Shown here: positions 44,350 through 44,384 of the stretch, in pieces | Layout of the letters: the number at the start of each line of letters is the position of its first letter | Numbering within the stretch: the first letter of the stretch is position 1 | The notes under the pieces: generated by a model | Databases searched by the model: none | What the model was told of the DNA's origin: nothing | What the model saw: only the letters and a program-made list of their open reading frames with translations | NCBI GenBank assembly: GCA_902782835.1 | Contig: CACZOQ010000113.1 | Location: 1-44,384 of the forward strand | Reading direction: 5' to 3' | Origin: an uncultured Erysipelotrichaceae bacterium | GTDB taxonomy: Bacteria; Bacillota_I; Bacilli_A; RF39; UBA660 | Length of the DNA stretch: 44,384 nucleotides | Translations under genes and position numbers: made by a program

Positions 44350-44384
44350 GATAAGATTATTGCTAAATATTCTAAAATTGAAAA

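Noticed and set aside
1-44384. Alternative genetic code (TGA or TAA recoding), suggested by the AT-richness and the in-frame TAA in the TelA-like gene
   Set aside because: TGA (34788-34790, 37254-37256), TAA and TAG all end long, well-supported ORFs at positions followed by RBS-start pairs or terminators. Trp is encoded by TGG throughout. The standard code 11 fits.
1-44384. Mobile element, prophage, CRISPR or RNA-gene content
   Set aside because: I saw no integrase, transposase or recombinase-like ORF. There are no direct-repeat/spacer arrays and no tRNA- or rRNA-like GC-rich structured segments. Every intergenic region is 140 nt or shorter and is explained by terminators and promoters.

Overview
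The window is AT-rich and densely coding. It looks like Bacillota (Erysipelotrichia- or Clostridia-like) and uses the standard code, with TGA, TAA and TAG all serving as stops. 35 of 37 genes are on the + strand. I found no rRNA, tRNA, CRISPR array, integrase or transposase. Nearly everything encodes cell-envelope or surface functions. (1) nt 649-20313 is a large locus with three SipW-type (ER/archaeal-type) signal peptidase paralogues, one of which lacks the catalytic residues. It also holds five TasA/camelysin-like secreted proteins and a 2751-aa beta-helix repeat protein. Inside the same operon sits a cassette of an unknown protein, a membrane-anchored McrB-like AAA+ NTPase and a short McrC/DUF2357-like protein. 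(2) nt 20405-25989 holds miscellaneous membrane proteins and a lipoprotein, an RNA-modification pair (SAM methyltransferase plus RluA-type pseudouridine synthase) and a Pro/Ala/Val-rich repeat protein. (3) nt 26052-40428 is a glycopolymer and surface island. It has two GT4 glycosyltransferases, a split Alg14/Alg13-like transferase fused to GtrA, and a 1341-aa modular type IV pilin-like protein. It also has two DUF2233 phosphodiester glycosidases, an SGNH hydrolase and a CAT/E2-fold acyltransferase-like protein. (4) nt 40514-44384 is a vWA / XpaC-like / TelA-like envelope-stress module whose TelA gene carries an in-frame TAA. The best candidates for something undescribed are the multi-SipW/TasA-like fibre locus with its embedded TM-McrB-like cassette, and the giant modular pilin. 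All functional calls come from motif recognition by eye and need profile or structure searches.
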